Shown piece by piece: positions 26,058-39,297 of a stretch of 64,000 bases of DNA (position 1 is its first letter; every line of letters starts with the position of its first letter). The stretch comes from the human T2T-CHM13v2.0 reference genome, Homo sapiens. Under the pieces are notes generated by a model that did not search any database, had not been told where the DNA came from, and saw only the letters and a list, made by a program, of their open reading frames with translations. The DNA is taken from assembly GCF_009914755.1 (NCBI RefSeq), contig NC_060947.1; one strand, 5' to 3'. The translations under genes and the position numbers were made by a program.

Positions 26058-28121
26058 ATGCACGGCCGAAGCATGAGGAAAATCGTCGTGGGACTTATTT
26101 TCCTTATAACATGGACTTGTGTGGTAAAAGCTTCCACTGCTTCTTCCCACACAGAGGACTGCTTTCAGTGCATACATGAGGTCACTGACGTAGGACAACA
26201 AGTTAAGGCAATCTTTTTGTTCTATAGTTATTATGAATGCTTAGGATTTCCAAAAGGAGCATGTTTGTATGATAACACTCAGTACAAAGTCTGTAATCCA
26301 GGAGTGACCAGCCCGATGTGTGCTATGACCCCTCTGAACCTCCCATTTCCAGTTTTTGAAATAAGATTAAGGACTGAAGACTGGTGGGGACTCATAAATG
26401 ATACAAGTAAAGTATTAGCTAGAACAGAAGAAAAAGGGGTGCCCAAACGCATAATCTTAAAATTTGATGCTTGTGCTGTCATTAATAGCAATAAGTTAGG
26501 AGCAGGATGTGGCTCTTTTAATTGGGAAGAAAGCTACATGACTGAAAATAAGTACATCTGTCATGAATTAGGATTGCGTGGAAAGGAATGTGGGTACTGG
26601 TCTTGTGTCATTTAGGCTACTTTGAAAAAGGTTGAAAAAGATCCTGTTTGGCTCCAAAAAGGGAAAGGAAGCCCCTCCTGCACGAGTGGAAGCTGCAACC
26701 CTTTAGAATTAGTAATCACAAACCCCTCAGACCCAAAATGGAAAAAAGGAGAATACGTATCTCTAGGCATTGATGGAAAAGGACTAGACCCTAAGGTAAA
26801 CATTTTAATAAAAGGAGAGATTCGAAAATGCTCTCTAGAGCCAGTATTTCAGACTTTCTATGATGAACTAAATGTGCCAGTGCCTGAAATTCCAGGAAAA
26901 ACTAGAAATCTGTTTTTGCAGTTAGCCAAGCATGTAGCCCAGCCTCTAAAATCACTTCATGTTTTGTTTGTGGAGGAAATGTAATAGGAGATCAATGGCC
27001 ATGGGAAGCCCGAGAATTAGTTCCTACAGACCCAGTTCCTGATGAATTCCCGGCCCAAAAGAACCACCCTGACAATTTCTGCGTTCTAAAAGCCTCAATT
27101 ATTGGACAATATTGCATAGCTAGAGAAGGAAAAGAATTCACTCATCCTGTAGGACGGCTTAGTTGTCTTGGACGACAACTGTATAATGGTACCACAAAAA
27201 CAGTTACATGGTGGAGTTCCAGTTACACAGAAAGAAATCCATTCAGCAAATTTCCAAAATTGCAGACTGTTTAGGCCCACCCAGAATTCCACTGGGACTG
27301 GACTGTCCCCACAGGGTTATACTGGATATGTGGACGTAGAGCCTATGCTAAGCTACCTGATCAGTGGGCAGGTAGCTGTGTAATTGGCACTATTAAACCA
27401 TCTTTCTTCCTACTACCCATAAAAACAGGTGAACTCGCTAGTATTCCCTGTCTATGCTTCCCGTGAAAAATGAAGCATAGCCATAGGTAACTGGAAAGAT
27501 GATGAATGGCCCCCTGAAAGAATTATACAATACTATGGGCCCGCCACTTTGGCACAAGATGGCTCATGGGGATATCAGACCCCCATCTACGTGCTCAACT
27601 GAATCATATGGTTGCAAGCTGTTTTAGAAATTATTACTAATAAAACTGGTCAAGCCTTGACTGTTCTTGCCTGGCAAGAGACTCAGATGAGGAATGCTAT
27701 CTACCAAAATAGACTAGCTCTCAACTACTTGCTAGCAGCTGAAGGAGGAAAATTTAACCTTACAAATTGCTGTCTACACATAGATGATCAAGGGAAAGTA
27801 GTTGAAGACATAGTTAAAGATATAACAAAACTGGTACATGTACCCGTGCAAGTGTGGCATGGATTTGATCGTGAGGCCATGTTTGGAAATTGATTCCCAG
27901 CAATAGGAGGATTTAAAACTCTTATAGTAAGAGTTATAATAGTAATAGGAACCTGGTTACTACTCCCTTGTTTGCCACCTGTACTTCTTCAAATGATAAA
28001 AAGCTTCATCGCTACCTTAGTTCACCAGAATGCTTCAGCACAAGTATATTATATGAATCACTATCAATCTATTGCACAGGAAGACATAAGTAGTGAAAAT
28101 GAAAGTGAGAACTCCCACTAA
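26058..28121 (+). pseudogene. env: HERV-E env (SU-TM), disrupted
   Basis: Signal peptide MRKIVVGLIFLITW, SU motifs FDAC/CNPLELVITNP, furin site mutated to [22 protein letters not shown] and a TM helix. Multiple stops. Confidence 0.93.
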
Positions 28122-28140
28122 TAAAATGAGTGAGAGTCTC

Positions 28141-28152
28141 AAAGGGGGGAAA
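28141..28152 (+). other. Polypurine tract
   Basis: aaaggggggaaa immediately before the 3' LTR. Confidence 0.9.
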
Positions 28153-28656
28153 TGAGAGAAGAGAGAAAGAGACCCCCCCTCCCATATTGTTCTATATTGT
28201 TTTATACTCAGTACCTGTTTTAAGAAGTAACAAGGAAGCGAAACCAAAGGCGGGCAGCCCAGCGCCAGGCACCAGACCCAAAACCAGACCCAAAACCAGG
28301 CCTGGGCCTGCCTGACCTTAGCCTGATAGTTAAAATTCAACCCATGACCTAGCAACCGATGTTATCCATAGATTCGAGACATTGTATGGACATTGTGAAA
28401 CTCCTCGTTCTGTTCTGTTTCACTCTGATTACTGATGCATGCAGCCCCTGCCACATACCCCCTAGACTGCTCAATCAATCACGGCCCTTTCATGTAAAAT
28501 CTTCAGTGTTGTGAGCCCTTAAAAGGGACAGAAATTGTGCACTCAACAAGCTCGGATTTTAAGATGCTAGTCTGCCAATGCTTCCAGCTGATTAAAAGCT
28601 ACTTCCTTCACTATCTCGGTGTCTGTGGGGTTTTGTCCATGGCTCATCCTGCTGCA
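28153..28656 (+). mobile_element. HERV-E 3' LTR (504 bp)
   Basis: About 21 substitutions plus 2-bp and 12-bp indels versus the 5' LTR (hand count). Confidence 0.96.
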
Positions 28657-28879
28657 ATAGCATTTTACCCACAGTAGAACTTCTTTCAAAATTAGCATAA
28701 ATTCTCCCAAACCGTGCCACTGCCTCATCAACTATGTTTGTGTAATATTCTAAAAATTTTGTTGTCATTTCAAAAGTGTTCACAGCATCTTCACCAGTAG
28801 ATTTCATCTCAAGGAACCACTTCTTCTTTTTTTTTTTGCTCATTTATAAGAAGCAACTCCTTATCCATTCAAGTTTTAT

Positions 28880-30252
28880 CCTGTGATTACAGCAATTCAA
28901 TCACATCTTCAGGCTCCACTTCTAACTCCAGTTTTCTTGCTGCTTCCGTCACATCTGCAATTACTTCCTACATTGAAGGCTTAAACCGTCGAAGTCATCC
29001 GTGAAAGTTGGCATTAACTTCTATCAAATTCCTATTAATATTGACATTTTGTCATTCTCCTATGAATTATGAATGTTCTTAATGATATCTAGAATGGTGT
29101 ATCATTTCTTGAAGGTTTTCAATTTACTTTGTGCAAATCTATCAGAGGAGTCACTATCTATGGCAGCTATAACCTTAAGAATTTATTTCCTAAATATTAA
29201 ACCTTGAAAGTCAAAATTACTCCTTGATCCATGGGCTGCAGAAGAAATCTTTTGTTAGCAGGGACAAAAACAAAATTAATCTCCTTGTATAGCTCCATCA
29301 GAGCTCTTGGGTGATGAGGTACATTATCAATGAGCAGCAATACTCTAAAAGGAATTCATGTTTTTGAGCAGTAGTTCTCAACAGTGGGCCTAAAATATTG
29401 AGTACACCATGCTCTAATCAGATGTGCTATAATCAGATGTGCTGTAATCCAGGCTTTGTGTTCCATTTCTAGAGCACAGGGAGAGGAGATTTAGCATCAT
29501 TCTTAAGTTTCTTAGGATTTTCAGAATGGTAAATGAGCATTGACTTCAAGTTAAAGTCACTGGATCTGTTAGCCCCTTACAAGAGGGTCAGCCCATCCTT
29601 TGAGGCTTTAAAGCCAGGCCCTGTCTTCTCTTCTCTAGCTATGAAAGTCCTAGATGTCATCTTCTTCTATGAAAGGCTGTTTCATTGACATTAAAAATCC
29701 ATTGTTTAATGTAACCATCTTCATCAATTATCTGAGCTAAATTTTCTGGATAACTTGCTGCACCTTCTATATCAGTACTTGCTGTTTCACCTTGCATGAT
29801 TATGTTATGGAGATGGCTTCTTTCTTTAAACCTCATGAAACCAACCTCTGCTATCTTCAAACTTTTCTTCTGTAGCTTCCTCACTTCTCTCAGCCTTCAT
29901 AGAAATGAAGAGAGTTAGGGTCTTGCTTTGGATTTGGCTTTGCCTTAAGGGAATATTCTGGCTGGTTTTTGATCTATCCAGACCACTGAAAGTTTCTTCA
30001 TATCAGCAACAAGGCTGTTTCACTTTCTCATCATTCATGTATTCACTGGAGTAGCACTTTGAATTCCCTTCAAAAACTTTTTCTTCGCATTCCCCACTTT
30101 GCTGACTATTTGGTGCAAGGGGCTTAGATATTGTCCTATCATGGCTTTTGACATACCTTCCTGCCTTCCTCTGTATGCCTAATAACTTCTAGCTTTTGAA
30201 TTAAAGTGAGAGATGTGTGACTCTTTGTTTCAGTCGAACAATGAGAGGCCAT
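28880..30252 (-). pseudogene. Tigger1 pogo-family transposase, degraded
   Basis: Start MASHCSTETKSHTSLTLIQKLEVI and internal [25 protein letters not shown] motifs. The 3' boundary is approximate. Confidence 0.85.
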
Positions 30253-31031
30253 TATAGGGTTATTATGTGGCCTAAATTCAATATTGTTTTGTCTTACGGA
30301 ATATGGAGTACTGAAGAGTGGGAGAGAGACAGAAGAATTACCAGTCAGTGGAGCAGTCAGAACACACACATTTGCCATCTTTTATGGGCACAGTTTGTGG
30401 CAAGCCAAAACAATTACAAGTGTAACATCACTGATTACTGATATCAGATCACTGTAACCAATATAATAATAATTTAAAGGTTTGAAATATTGTCAGAATT
30501 GCTAAAATGTGACACAGAGACATAACAGAAACACATGCTGTCGAAAAAACACATAGATAGACTTGCTCAATACAGGATTGCCACAAATCTTCAATTTGTA
30601 AAAGATGCAATATCTGCAAAGCCCAATAAAATGAAGTACAATGAATTGAAGTATACTTGTACATTGTGTGCGTTCTTTGTTTGCTTTTATTTCTCTTAAG
30701 GGATAAATTTGACAAATGCTATTGGGCTTACACAAATATTACATAATATGTAAGACAGTACTCTATTAAATTAAAATTTTGAGCTAATGAAGCTTTAGAA
30801 CAACATTAAGAACATGCTTGTTTGTAAAGGAATGTGGTTCTGAACAGGCGTCATGCTCTGTAGACAGAAAATCAAACTCCAAAACAATACACTTGCCATG
30901 AGAGAAACATGATTTCCTAGCTTGTAGCATCAGAATTTAAATTAGTATTTTGTATATTCCAGAGAAAATAACTAAGGACCACAAGTTATCATATCAAAAT
31001 CAGCATACAAAAGTGTATATTGTTAGGGTGA

Positions 31032-31336
<305 letters not shown>

Positions 31337-31564
31337 GTTAGGGTGATTTTTAATTAGTTTTAGTACTTACTCTGAGAACATTTTCAAAATACATCATTTT
31401 AAAGTGCATCTTATATAGGCAGCAACTTGATTTATATATTCCTGTGGTCACCTTTCCATGTGCTGTGTGAATTTTATTATATGCATTTGAAGAATTGAGG
31501 AAGTAAAGGGCCAGAGACCTGGTAAACTTGAGTATTGCCCTGAACCTGCACTTTCCACGTGTTG

Positions 31565-31740
31565 ACTCACTTTCACAACAACTCTATGTGGTAGGTATGT
31601 ACTACTATTATCCCATTTTACAGATGAAGTAAGCTAGGCTAACAAGGCCATTAAGTATCCTGCCCAAGATCATATCACAAGGAAGTATCAGAGTAAGAAT
31701 TTAATGAGGAAATTTGTCTCCACAGCCTGCATGCTTAAAC
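31565..31740 (-). mobile_element. MIR
   Basis: 'attatcccattttacagatga...tgcccaagatca'. Confidence 0.75.
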
Positions 31741-32059
31741 ATAATGTTAAATAATCATGATAGGGCAGATAGCATTTAACATGACATATTCAACAAAGAG
31801 TTTTCTCAGAAAGGCAACATAGTTACCATGGTTTTTCAAATGTCAACTGTGTTCAGCATGTGCGTAGGTGCTATAGGGACATGTGACAAAAGTGCAAGCA
31901 ATAGTACGAACTCTCATGGAACTTTGCATTGATGATAGTACGATATCCTAAGGTAAACAGCTTTCAGGCCGTGACTCTATGAGCCCTATTCATTCCATGA
32001 ACAGTTTTTTTGTGGTAATTTTTAGTTTATTTTGTTATATGGTGGTTAATTTTTAAAAT

Positions 32060-32185
32060 AATTATTTGTTTCCTCACTGGTTCATAAGCTCATTGAGTGT
32101 GGGAACCAGTCTGTTTTCATCTTTGAATCCTCAAAGACTACCACAACATCTGGCAAACAGTGGAGGTCAATAAATGTTGTTTATG
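32060..32185 (+). mobile_element. L2 3' end
   Basis: 'taagctcattgag...tctggcaaacagtggaggtcaataaatgtt'. Confidence 0.65.
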
Positions 32186-33939
32186 TGAGAGAGAGGACAT
32201 TTAGGAGACTTTTGTCTCCCTGCCTATCTGTGTTGGTCCATGCATAGTTCTCATTTAAATAGGCTTCTGATAATCAGAAGACAAAGGAAAAGTTGGAAAA
32301 TCGATATTTGGTTCATAAAAATATTCAATTGAGTTCAATGCCATAGATAATTATTTAACATCAGTTTTGTGCCCACATCTCAGGTCACAGTATGAAGACA
32401 ACTTATAAACTGCTAGGTCATATGCAATTAGACAGGGTTTTATCAAAAGTGACTGTATTAAAGACCACATCCTGGTTTTCATTAGTTTTTTACAGTTGGA
32501 TAAACAATCCAGTTGTGAAGGCAAGTAGACCCTCCCACTTGCCAGCTTCGTCCACACTTAGTCTTTAGGTCTATATGACTGAATTTGGGTTGTGTAGCAA
32601 CATTCTTCCTACCACAGTTTGGTGGAATAAGACAGTGCATAAATCCTCTTCCAGAAGTGGGATCAGTGCCTCCATTGGTGCACTGTTGGTACAGTTCCCT
32701 TTATTGCCCTTCGGTCCCTGTGTACCTTGATCTGGACCCAAATACATACCACTATGGCACAATGATCCTGGAAAGAGGAGTGAACTTGAATCCAGGGTTC
32801 AAACTTGTGGACTGTCCAGCCCAACTACATTACCAAGCTAATTGCTTACATGCATCTTCAGATTCAAGTTCTCCATAGTGAAATAATTTTAGGCCAAGCC
32901 CTGGCTCCCTCTCCTTCTCTACAATGTGTCTGACAATCAGTATGCAAACTTCAAACCGTCATCAAAATACTTCACTTTGTGAGTTATAAAATGTGATTAA
33001 AATACTGCTCCACCCGTAGGACGTATTCAATCTAATAAGTAACTAAGATAGCTTATAGAAAGAGATTTCTTCATTCACTGGTTTATTCCAAAAATACATA
33101 CTAAGAACTTGGAAAAGAAAATGTTGTTGAAGCCCACATAGAAGACATTTGCTATGAGTGTCAGGGAATCATTTTCTTCAGAAGATCAGACTGCCATATG
33201 TGCGAAAGAAAAAGGAGAGGTATGCTTGTCCTGAAATGTCATCACAGAGATCTGAACACAAACACCAAAGGCTTCAGGGTAGAGAAAAACTATATTGTAG
33301 CACATGGTGAAATTGATCCACTTTCAATGTGACAAGCTGTGTGCAAATGGCCGTATCTTCCTAGGATAAAGGAAAGTCTTGTTAATGAGCACTGTATATT
33401 TAGGTGTAAATAAAGGTCCAAATCTGTGTTCTTCTTGATGTATCTTATTGGCATGTTGAACACCTTTTAACAAATCATTGCTATATGTTACTTCAATTCA
33501 CAGACGGCTTCATTGGCACAACACGATTAAATATCAAATCATTTTTAGTGTGTTTTAAAAATAGATGAGTCAGATACACTTCGTATATTCAAATATCTAA
33601 TGGTGGCAATAAAACAACTTCCCAAACAACTGGCTGTTTTTGAAGGTTTTAGCAACCATTTGCGTTCTGAAATATGTGAAATATACTTCCTTACACAATA
33701 TTTCAATATTTTCCAATTTCGACTCATGGTATTCACTTGATATTTTCGCTGAAATAGTCCCGCGGTATATAATGAAGATTGTAAAGAAATGTTTTGGAAA
33801 TAGAGACTGAGTTGCCGGAACATTAAAACATTTATAGTGCTGGGTTACCAGAGAATATTTTCTGCAACACTGTACAACTCCATCGTACAACTTGGAGGCA
33901 AGAATATACCTTGAACTTCCGGCCATAATTTTATACTGT

Positions 33940-34050
33940 AGTTCTCATTGAAGAGGAAGCTGAGGCCAAGAGACATCAAGTGCATTGCTCAAGGTCACAA
34001 AGCTAGACAGTAGCGGAATAGAGACTAGAACTCAGGCCATCAGTTTTAAG
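33940..34050 (-). mobile_element. MIR fragment
   Basis: 'gaggaagctgaggcc...ttgctcaaggtcaca...ctagaactcagg'. Confidence 0.7.
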
Positions 34051-34189
34051 GCTGCTTCTCTTTCACTTTAGCATAAAGTGGGCTTGTATTAGAGCACATT
34101 GGGGATTTATTCATGAGGATATTGTAAGGTAGCTTCTCTTCATGAGGTAAATTTGGAAAATGGTTTTAAAATCAAATGAATTTAGAAGA

Positions 34190-34238
34190 GGTGTGTGTGT
34201 GTGTGAGTGTGTGAGTGTGTGTTTGTGTGTGTGTGTGT
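34190..34238. repeat. Imperfect (TG)n microsatellite
   Basis: Seen directly. Confidence 0.9.
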
Positions 34239-36599
34239 TTGATGGGAATGCATTTCCTGAATGATTGCCTGTATCATAATAGAACTAACTTATAATGAGG
34301 CTTCTACGTGGAGTTACCTGTAGGTCCGTTTTGGATTTTTTAGATATGTACATCCTGGACACTTAAATTTGGAAGTAGTCTTGGGTCAGTGGTTCCTAAT
34401 TTTTTAGGGTGTTAAGGATCTCTTTGAGTACTAGAGAAAAATATTCTGTAAATGAAAATACATAGGCTCACAAAGTTACATATACTATTTCCAGGGGTTT
34501 CTGGAGCCACAGTAACTCAGGATGCAATTCTTCCACTATCTCCAACCAAATCTCATTTGATAAATGAGTGTGTGGGAGTGAGGTTAGATCCTGCCTTACA
34601 AGTTGTTTCTTCTAACTCCTGCCCTTTGTGTAGAGAAATATACACGTAAACAGAGAGAAGGAGAAGGAGAGACTTCCAAAGTCCACACAGCCCTACCCCT
34701 TATTTTTGGATTTAGAGTACTACTATTCTTTCCATTAAACCAATTCATTGCAATAGTTTTGTCCTTTTAGATGATGTATGAGGAAAATGGTATCATATTT
34801 GATTATATATATTAGGTCATTTTTTTAACTGCAGAGCACTGGGGCACTAATTTTTATTCACAACTGTTCTAGGCATAAATTACAGAAAGGTTTTATATAT
34901 TAAATGCATGTTATTAAAAGCTTATGTTATTAAAAGACCAAGGTTAGAACTTCACATAGATCCTATTTGTAATGTGAAATTGTTTATACACTACTCACTG
35001 CTGCATAGGTAATCCTGAGCTGAAATAACAACATTATGAGATAACTTTCTACCTCAGAACTTCATTCCTGCTAAGATTGTATAAAATGATTGGAAGTGGT
35101 TTTAGTCTTTAAGTCTCAAGTGTTTAGCTTGACAATTATAAAATTAGTGTATTTTTTAGACAGATGACATACTTAGTTACATAATTGTCAGAATTATCCA
35201 AATTACTTCCCATTAGTGCAGCAAAATGCGTGCATTTTGAAATGCATCATTTGGCTTATTGATGTTGTGCACAGTTGCCCCTCACATCCTTTTGAAGAAC
35301 AGTTTTGCAAAGGCTTTTCTTCGTCATGAAAATCAGCAAATCATCAGTACCACCTGATTGAGGGAGAGATGAAAGAAACTGTTTCTCTACAGCACTGAAG
35401 AGCTAGCCTCTCCAAATGCATTGTCCTTGATCAAGACCTCCTAGTTTAATGGGCTTCTTGTCTATCCACAGGGAAACAAAAGACAGGGAAAAGAATTGAG
35501 AATGTTTATCTGAGATGGGCCAGTGCTAGGAAGCAATGTAGAGATTGGAAATATGCTCTTAGTGAAGCCCTGAACGTCAGTTGATCGGTCTGCAACCATG
35601 AGAGACTAGGTACACCTGCCTTTCTGATCATCATTCTTCATTGGTGTGATGAAAGCTTAAAGTAGAAATGCTATTGATTTTAACGTTTATATTCACATTC
35701 TTTCCCTGTCATAGGCAGAAAAACCCTTTGATTTTGCTCTGAGCAGCAAATAACTGTTGCAACAGAGACCTATATGTAGGCTGCAGCTTCCACTCTTATC
35801 ACATATTATAGAGTTCCATTTATTTAATCATATTAATGGAATCTTATCAATTCACCTTCCAGCTTACAAACCTGTTTGCTCTCTCTTGCTACGCTGTCTC
35901 TTACAGGATTAGGTGCAATTTCCTCGGCTTGGCAAACAGCAGATTTCCTAATCTGACTTATTCTCCAAATTCACCCTCATCTGTCCCCTTACATAGAACC
36001 TACACTCCAGCTCACTGAGCTATCTAAAGGGTGACCTGTCGTGCCAGGCTTTTGATTCCTTTCCTTTTATTTTGCTGTTTTATGTGTTAGAATTTTCATC
36101 TCATCCTTTTGTAAGCAATTTTTTTCCTCCAAGACTCTGAATTGTATTCAAGTATTTCCCAACATGTCCCCTTCCCCATGACAGAGTTAATTGATCTGCT
36201 TTCTGTGTTCCTCAGCACTTAGAGGGCTTCTAGTATGGCATGGACCTAGTGTTAGTGAAGTTTATCTGTTTATGGGTGTTTTTGACCCTAGATCCAATGT
36301 CAGAAAATGTATTTTATCTTTGTTTTGTGTATCTATGCCACCATATTCACAGTAAAAATGTTAAGCTCCCATTCCTATAGTTCCCACCTCCACAGGGAGC
36401 ATAAACAAATTGGTGACTTTGTGCTCATTAAAGTATCTAAAATATTTACTTTCAGCTCTGATGCAAACCATACATTTAGCCATTTATTTCTACACCATTA
36501 AAAAAGTAATAGTAGAATAATTATTGTATGATGAGTCATCTAAAATGACTTGATTATTAGCTTTTACAACTCCACTTGCTGTGTGATTTTTTTATTATC

Positions 36600-36762
36600 T
36601 TAAGTTGATCATCCAAATAACACGTGATCTTTTAAAAATAGAGATACCTCAATCCTATCCCCAAGAGATTAGATTTCAATTGACCTGGTGGGGGCAGACA
36701 TCAATATTTCCAACACCTTTCCCAGAATATTGATATGTGCAGCCAGGGTCAAGAATCACTGG
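36600..36762. mobile_element. MER5-like hAT MITE
   Basis: Ends with 'tgtgcagccagggtcaagaatcactg' and has MER5-like internal spacing. Confidence 0.55.
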
Positions 36763-37175
36763 CCCAGAAGCTGGAATTGACAGTTGAAGTAATGCCAACT
36801 GTCTCTACTTGTTCTCCATTGGAAAGGATTACAGCCATTGTTTCTTGAGCATATTTTCTTGTATTGAGAACTTGTATACCTTGCATGCATTTCACATACT
36901 TTCACACACATTTTGCATACATTACATTACATATGTTATTATTACATTTATTGCTATTCCTTAGGTGGCACTTGGTAGATGAGCTAGCCATGGCAGCAGG
37001 TATTGCTAACAGTAATTAGTGTTGAACTTGAACATGTAGAAGTGATTTCTAATGATCCATCTGGCTGGGCATGGCTACAAAACAATAGAGTCTAACCCAA
37101 GAATCCAAAATAAGTTTTCTCTCAGTAGCTGCCTGGAGAGCTCAGTTGTCAATCCTCATTAAATTATAAGAGGGC

Positions 37176-37498
37176 GGCAAGGCGCGGTGGCTCACGCCTG
37201 TAATCCCAGCACTTTGGGAGGCTGAGGCAGGTGGATCACGAGGTCAGGAGTTCGAGACCAGCCTGACCAACATGGTGAAACCCCGTCTCTAATAAAAATA
37301 CAAAAATTAGCTGGGCGTGGTTGCGTGCGCCTGTAATCTCAGCTACTCAGGAGGCTGAGGCAGGAGAATTGCTTGAACCTGGGAGGTGGAGGTTGCAGTG
37401 AACCGAGATGGAGCCACTGCACTACAGCCTGGGTGACAGAGGGAGACTTGGTCTCAATTAAAAAACAAAACAAAACAACAACAACAACAATAACAAAA
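37176..37498 (+). mobile_element. AluS (Sg-like) with (CAA)n tail
   Basis: Full Alu dimer including 'ggatcacgaggtcaggagttcgagacc'. Confidence 0.97.
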
Positions 37499-39297
37499 CT
37501 GTACGAAGGCTCAGTAAGAAAGAGTACTGTGGTACTGTGGTTATCTAGGCATATTGTCATAGTCCTGGGTTGGGGGGTAAATAGATGCATATGTATGGAT
37601 GATAAAACTTTTTCTCCAGATATTTGTTTTTTTGGAAGTCTCTTTGCAATTCTGAGGATAGAAAATGATTCATTTGTTCCCGGCATAAAACAGAGTTGAT
37701 TCAAGGACCTGTGGTGAAGTTTTGAATATCTCTTGCCATTTAGTGTCATGATTGCAAGATATTTGTCTCTTAATCCTCAGAAAGGCTGAGAACTGACATT
37801 GCCATCACATCTGTTCACTTCTCCCACTGAAAATTGGTATGGTGGTACTGATGAAGTAATTGAAACTACCAGAACTTGGGAATGCCTTGGACAGAGGTAA
37901 GAATTTGCCAGCCAATGAAAATATTATAAGACCTCTTTGTCCCTAGCAGAGAGCACATACTTCCCTTCTTTTGCTGCCTATGAAAAAGGAAAACTGATCT
38001 ATAAAATGAAATTGGATCTGTGTACCTTTGAGATCCATTTCTACTTGATTTATGCCCTCTGTTCAGACTGGAATATGGTAAGATATAAATTGCTCAGGTA
38101 TTCTAATAAATTTCCCTTCTCATCAATTCAGACTAGTCCTACTTCTGGGACAACACATTTTCTTAAAGGGCATCTAACTGTAATCCTTCATTGCATATTG
38201 AAAACTACAAACCTAGGGTTTGTTAGCATTTTTCCAACCTTTGCAATACCTCTCAGAAGGGCAACATAAAAAATGACATATGTCCCTTTGGTTGCAGAAC
38301 ATTATGAATTGGAAGTTGTAACACTAATGTAGTCATAGATGTTGGAGTGAAAATTGTAACAATGCCACATTAAGTGTATGCATTTTCTTTATTACACATC
38401 TAAATTCAGAAATATTAAAATGTAAAAAAAGAGATATATTAGAATCAAAGAAATATGGAAGTACCATCATCTTGCCTTTGTATAGAACTTTAGAGTTTAC
38501 CAGGTTTTTCACAATTTTCATCTCATGGAATCTTTAAAAAGAAATCTGGGGAGTTAGGCCCAGAAAGAAAAACAAAAAACAAAATCCAAACAAAACATGA
38601 CTATACCAATGGGATTGAGGGAGAGGGACGAAGGAAAAAGGCATCTTGGAACAAATGACTACTGATGTTTTCTTCACTTGGGCCTTTCTCCTTCAATCTG
38701 TCCCTGTCATTGGTTGTATAGTTGCACATTGATGAAGGAAGCCAGAAACACCTGAATGATTCTACTGAGAATCCTTCCAGAGGAATTTATTGGCACATAT
38801 GAGCTCCAGAGTCTCTTGTTCTAGTGAATGTCAGGATGATTAAATACGGAAATAAAAATGGCATTTTGTTTTTTAGAAAGGTTATTACACTGTATTTTTT
38901 GGTGTTTTCTTTATAAATAGATGGAAAAGGCAATCATGATTAGCCAAGTAGTGATATTATGAAGATATGGTGGATATTCTTTACAGAGTAGTAAATTTTC
39001 ATTATAATGGTGTTTTGCTTTTAGCATCAGTTCAATAATGTTGGAGTTAAATAGAGTGAGTTAAATAGAGAGAAGTATTTAATATTTTAGGCAATGTAAT
39101 AATACATGCATTTTTCAGTGCAGACTAATCATCTCTAATATTTTAAGTCCTCCCTGCCATAGAATAAAATTAAAAGAAATATATTCAATATATCTTATTC
39201 TTAACATAATTTTAAAGTATTGATATCTTCATGCAATTATCAATAATTTTCTGTTTTAAGAAATTCTAATTCTCATGTATTCTTACAAGCCAAATGA

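Larger units (their letters stand above)
19816..28656 (+). mobile_element. Full-length HERV-E provirus (8841 bp), coding-defective
   Basis: Two LTRs with TG...CA ends, ATAG TSD (19812-19815 and 28657-28660), tRNA-Glu PBS, gag-pro-pol-env order and a PPT. Confidence 0.97.
19405..30659 (-). mobile_element. Full-length Tigger1 DNA transposon (~2.41 kb) split by HERV-E
   Basis: Degenerate TIRs cagaaatacctc (19405) and gaagtatacttg (ends 30659), each flanked by TA. The arms 19405-19815 and 28661-30659 rejoin as contiguous Tigger1 sequence. Confidence 0.93.

Noticed and set aside
29413-29445. 15-bp tandem duplication in Tigger1
   Set aside because: An ordinary slippage event in a dead element.
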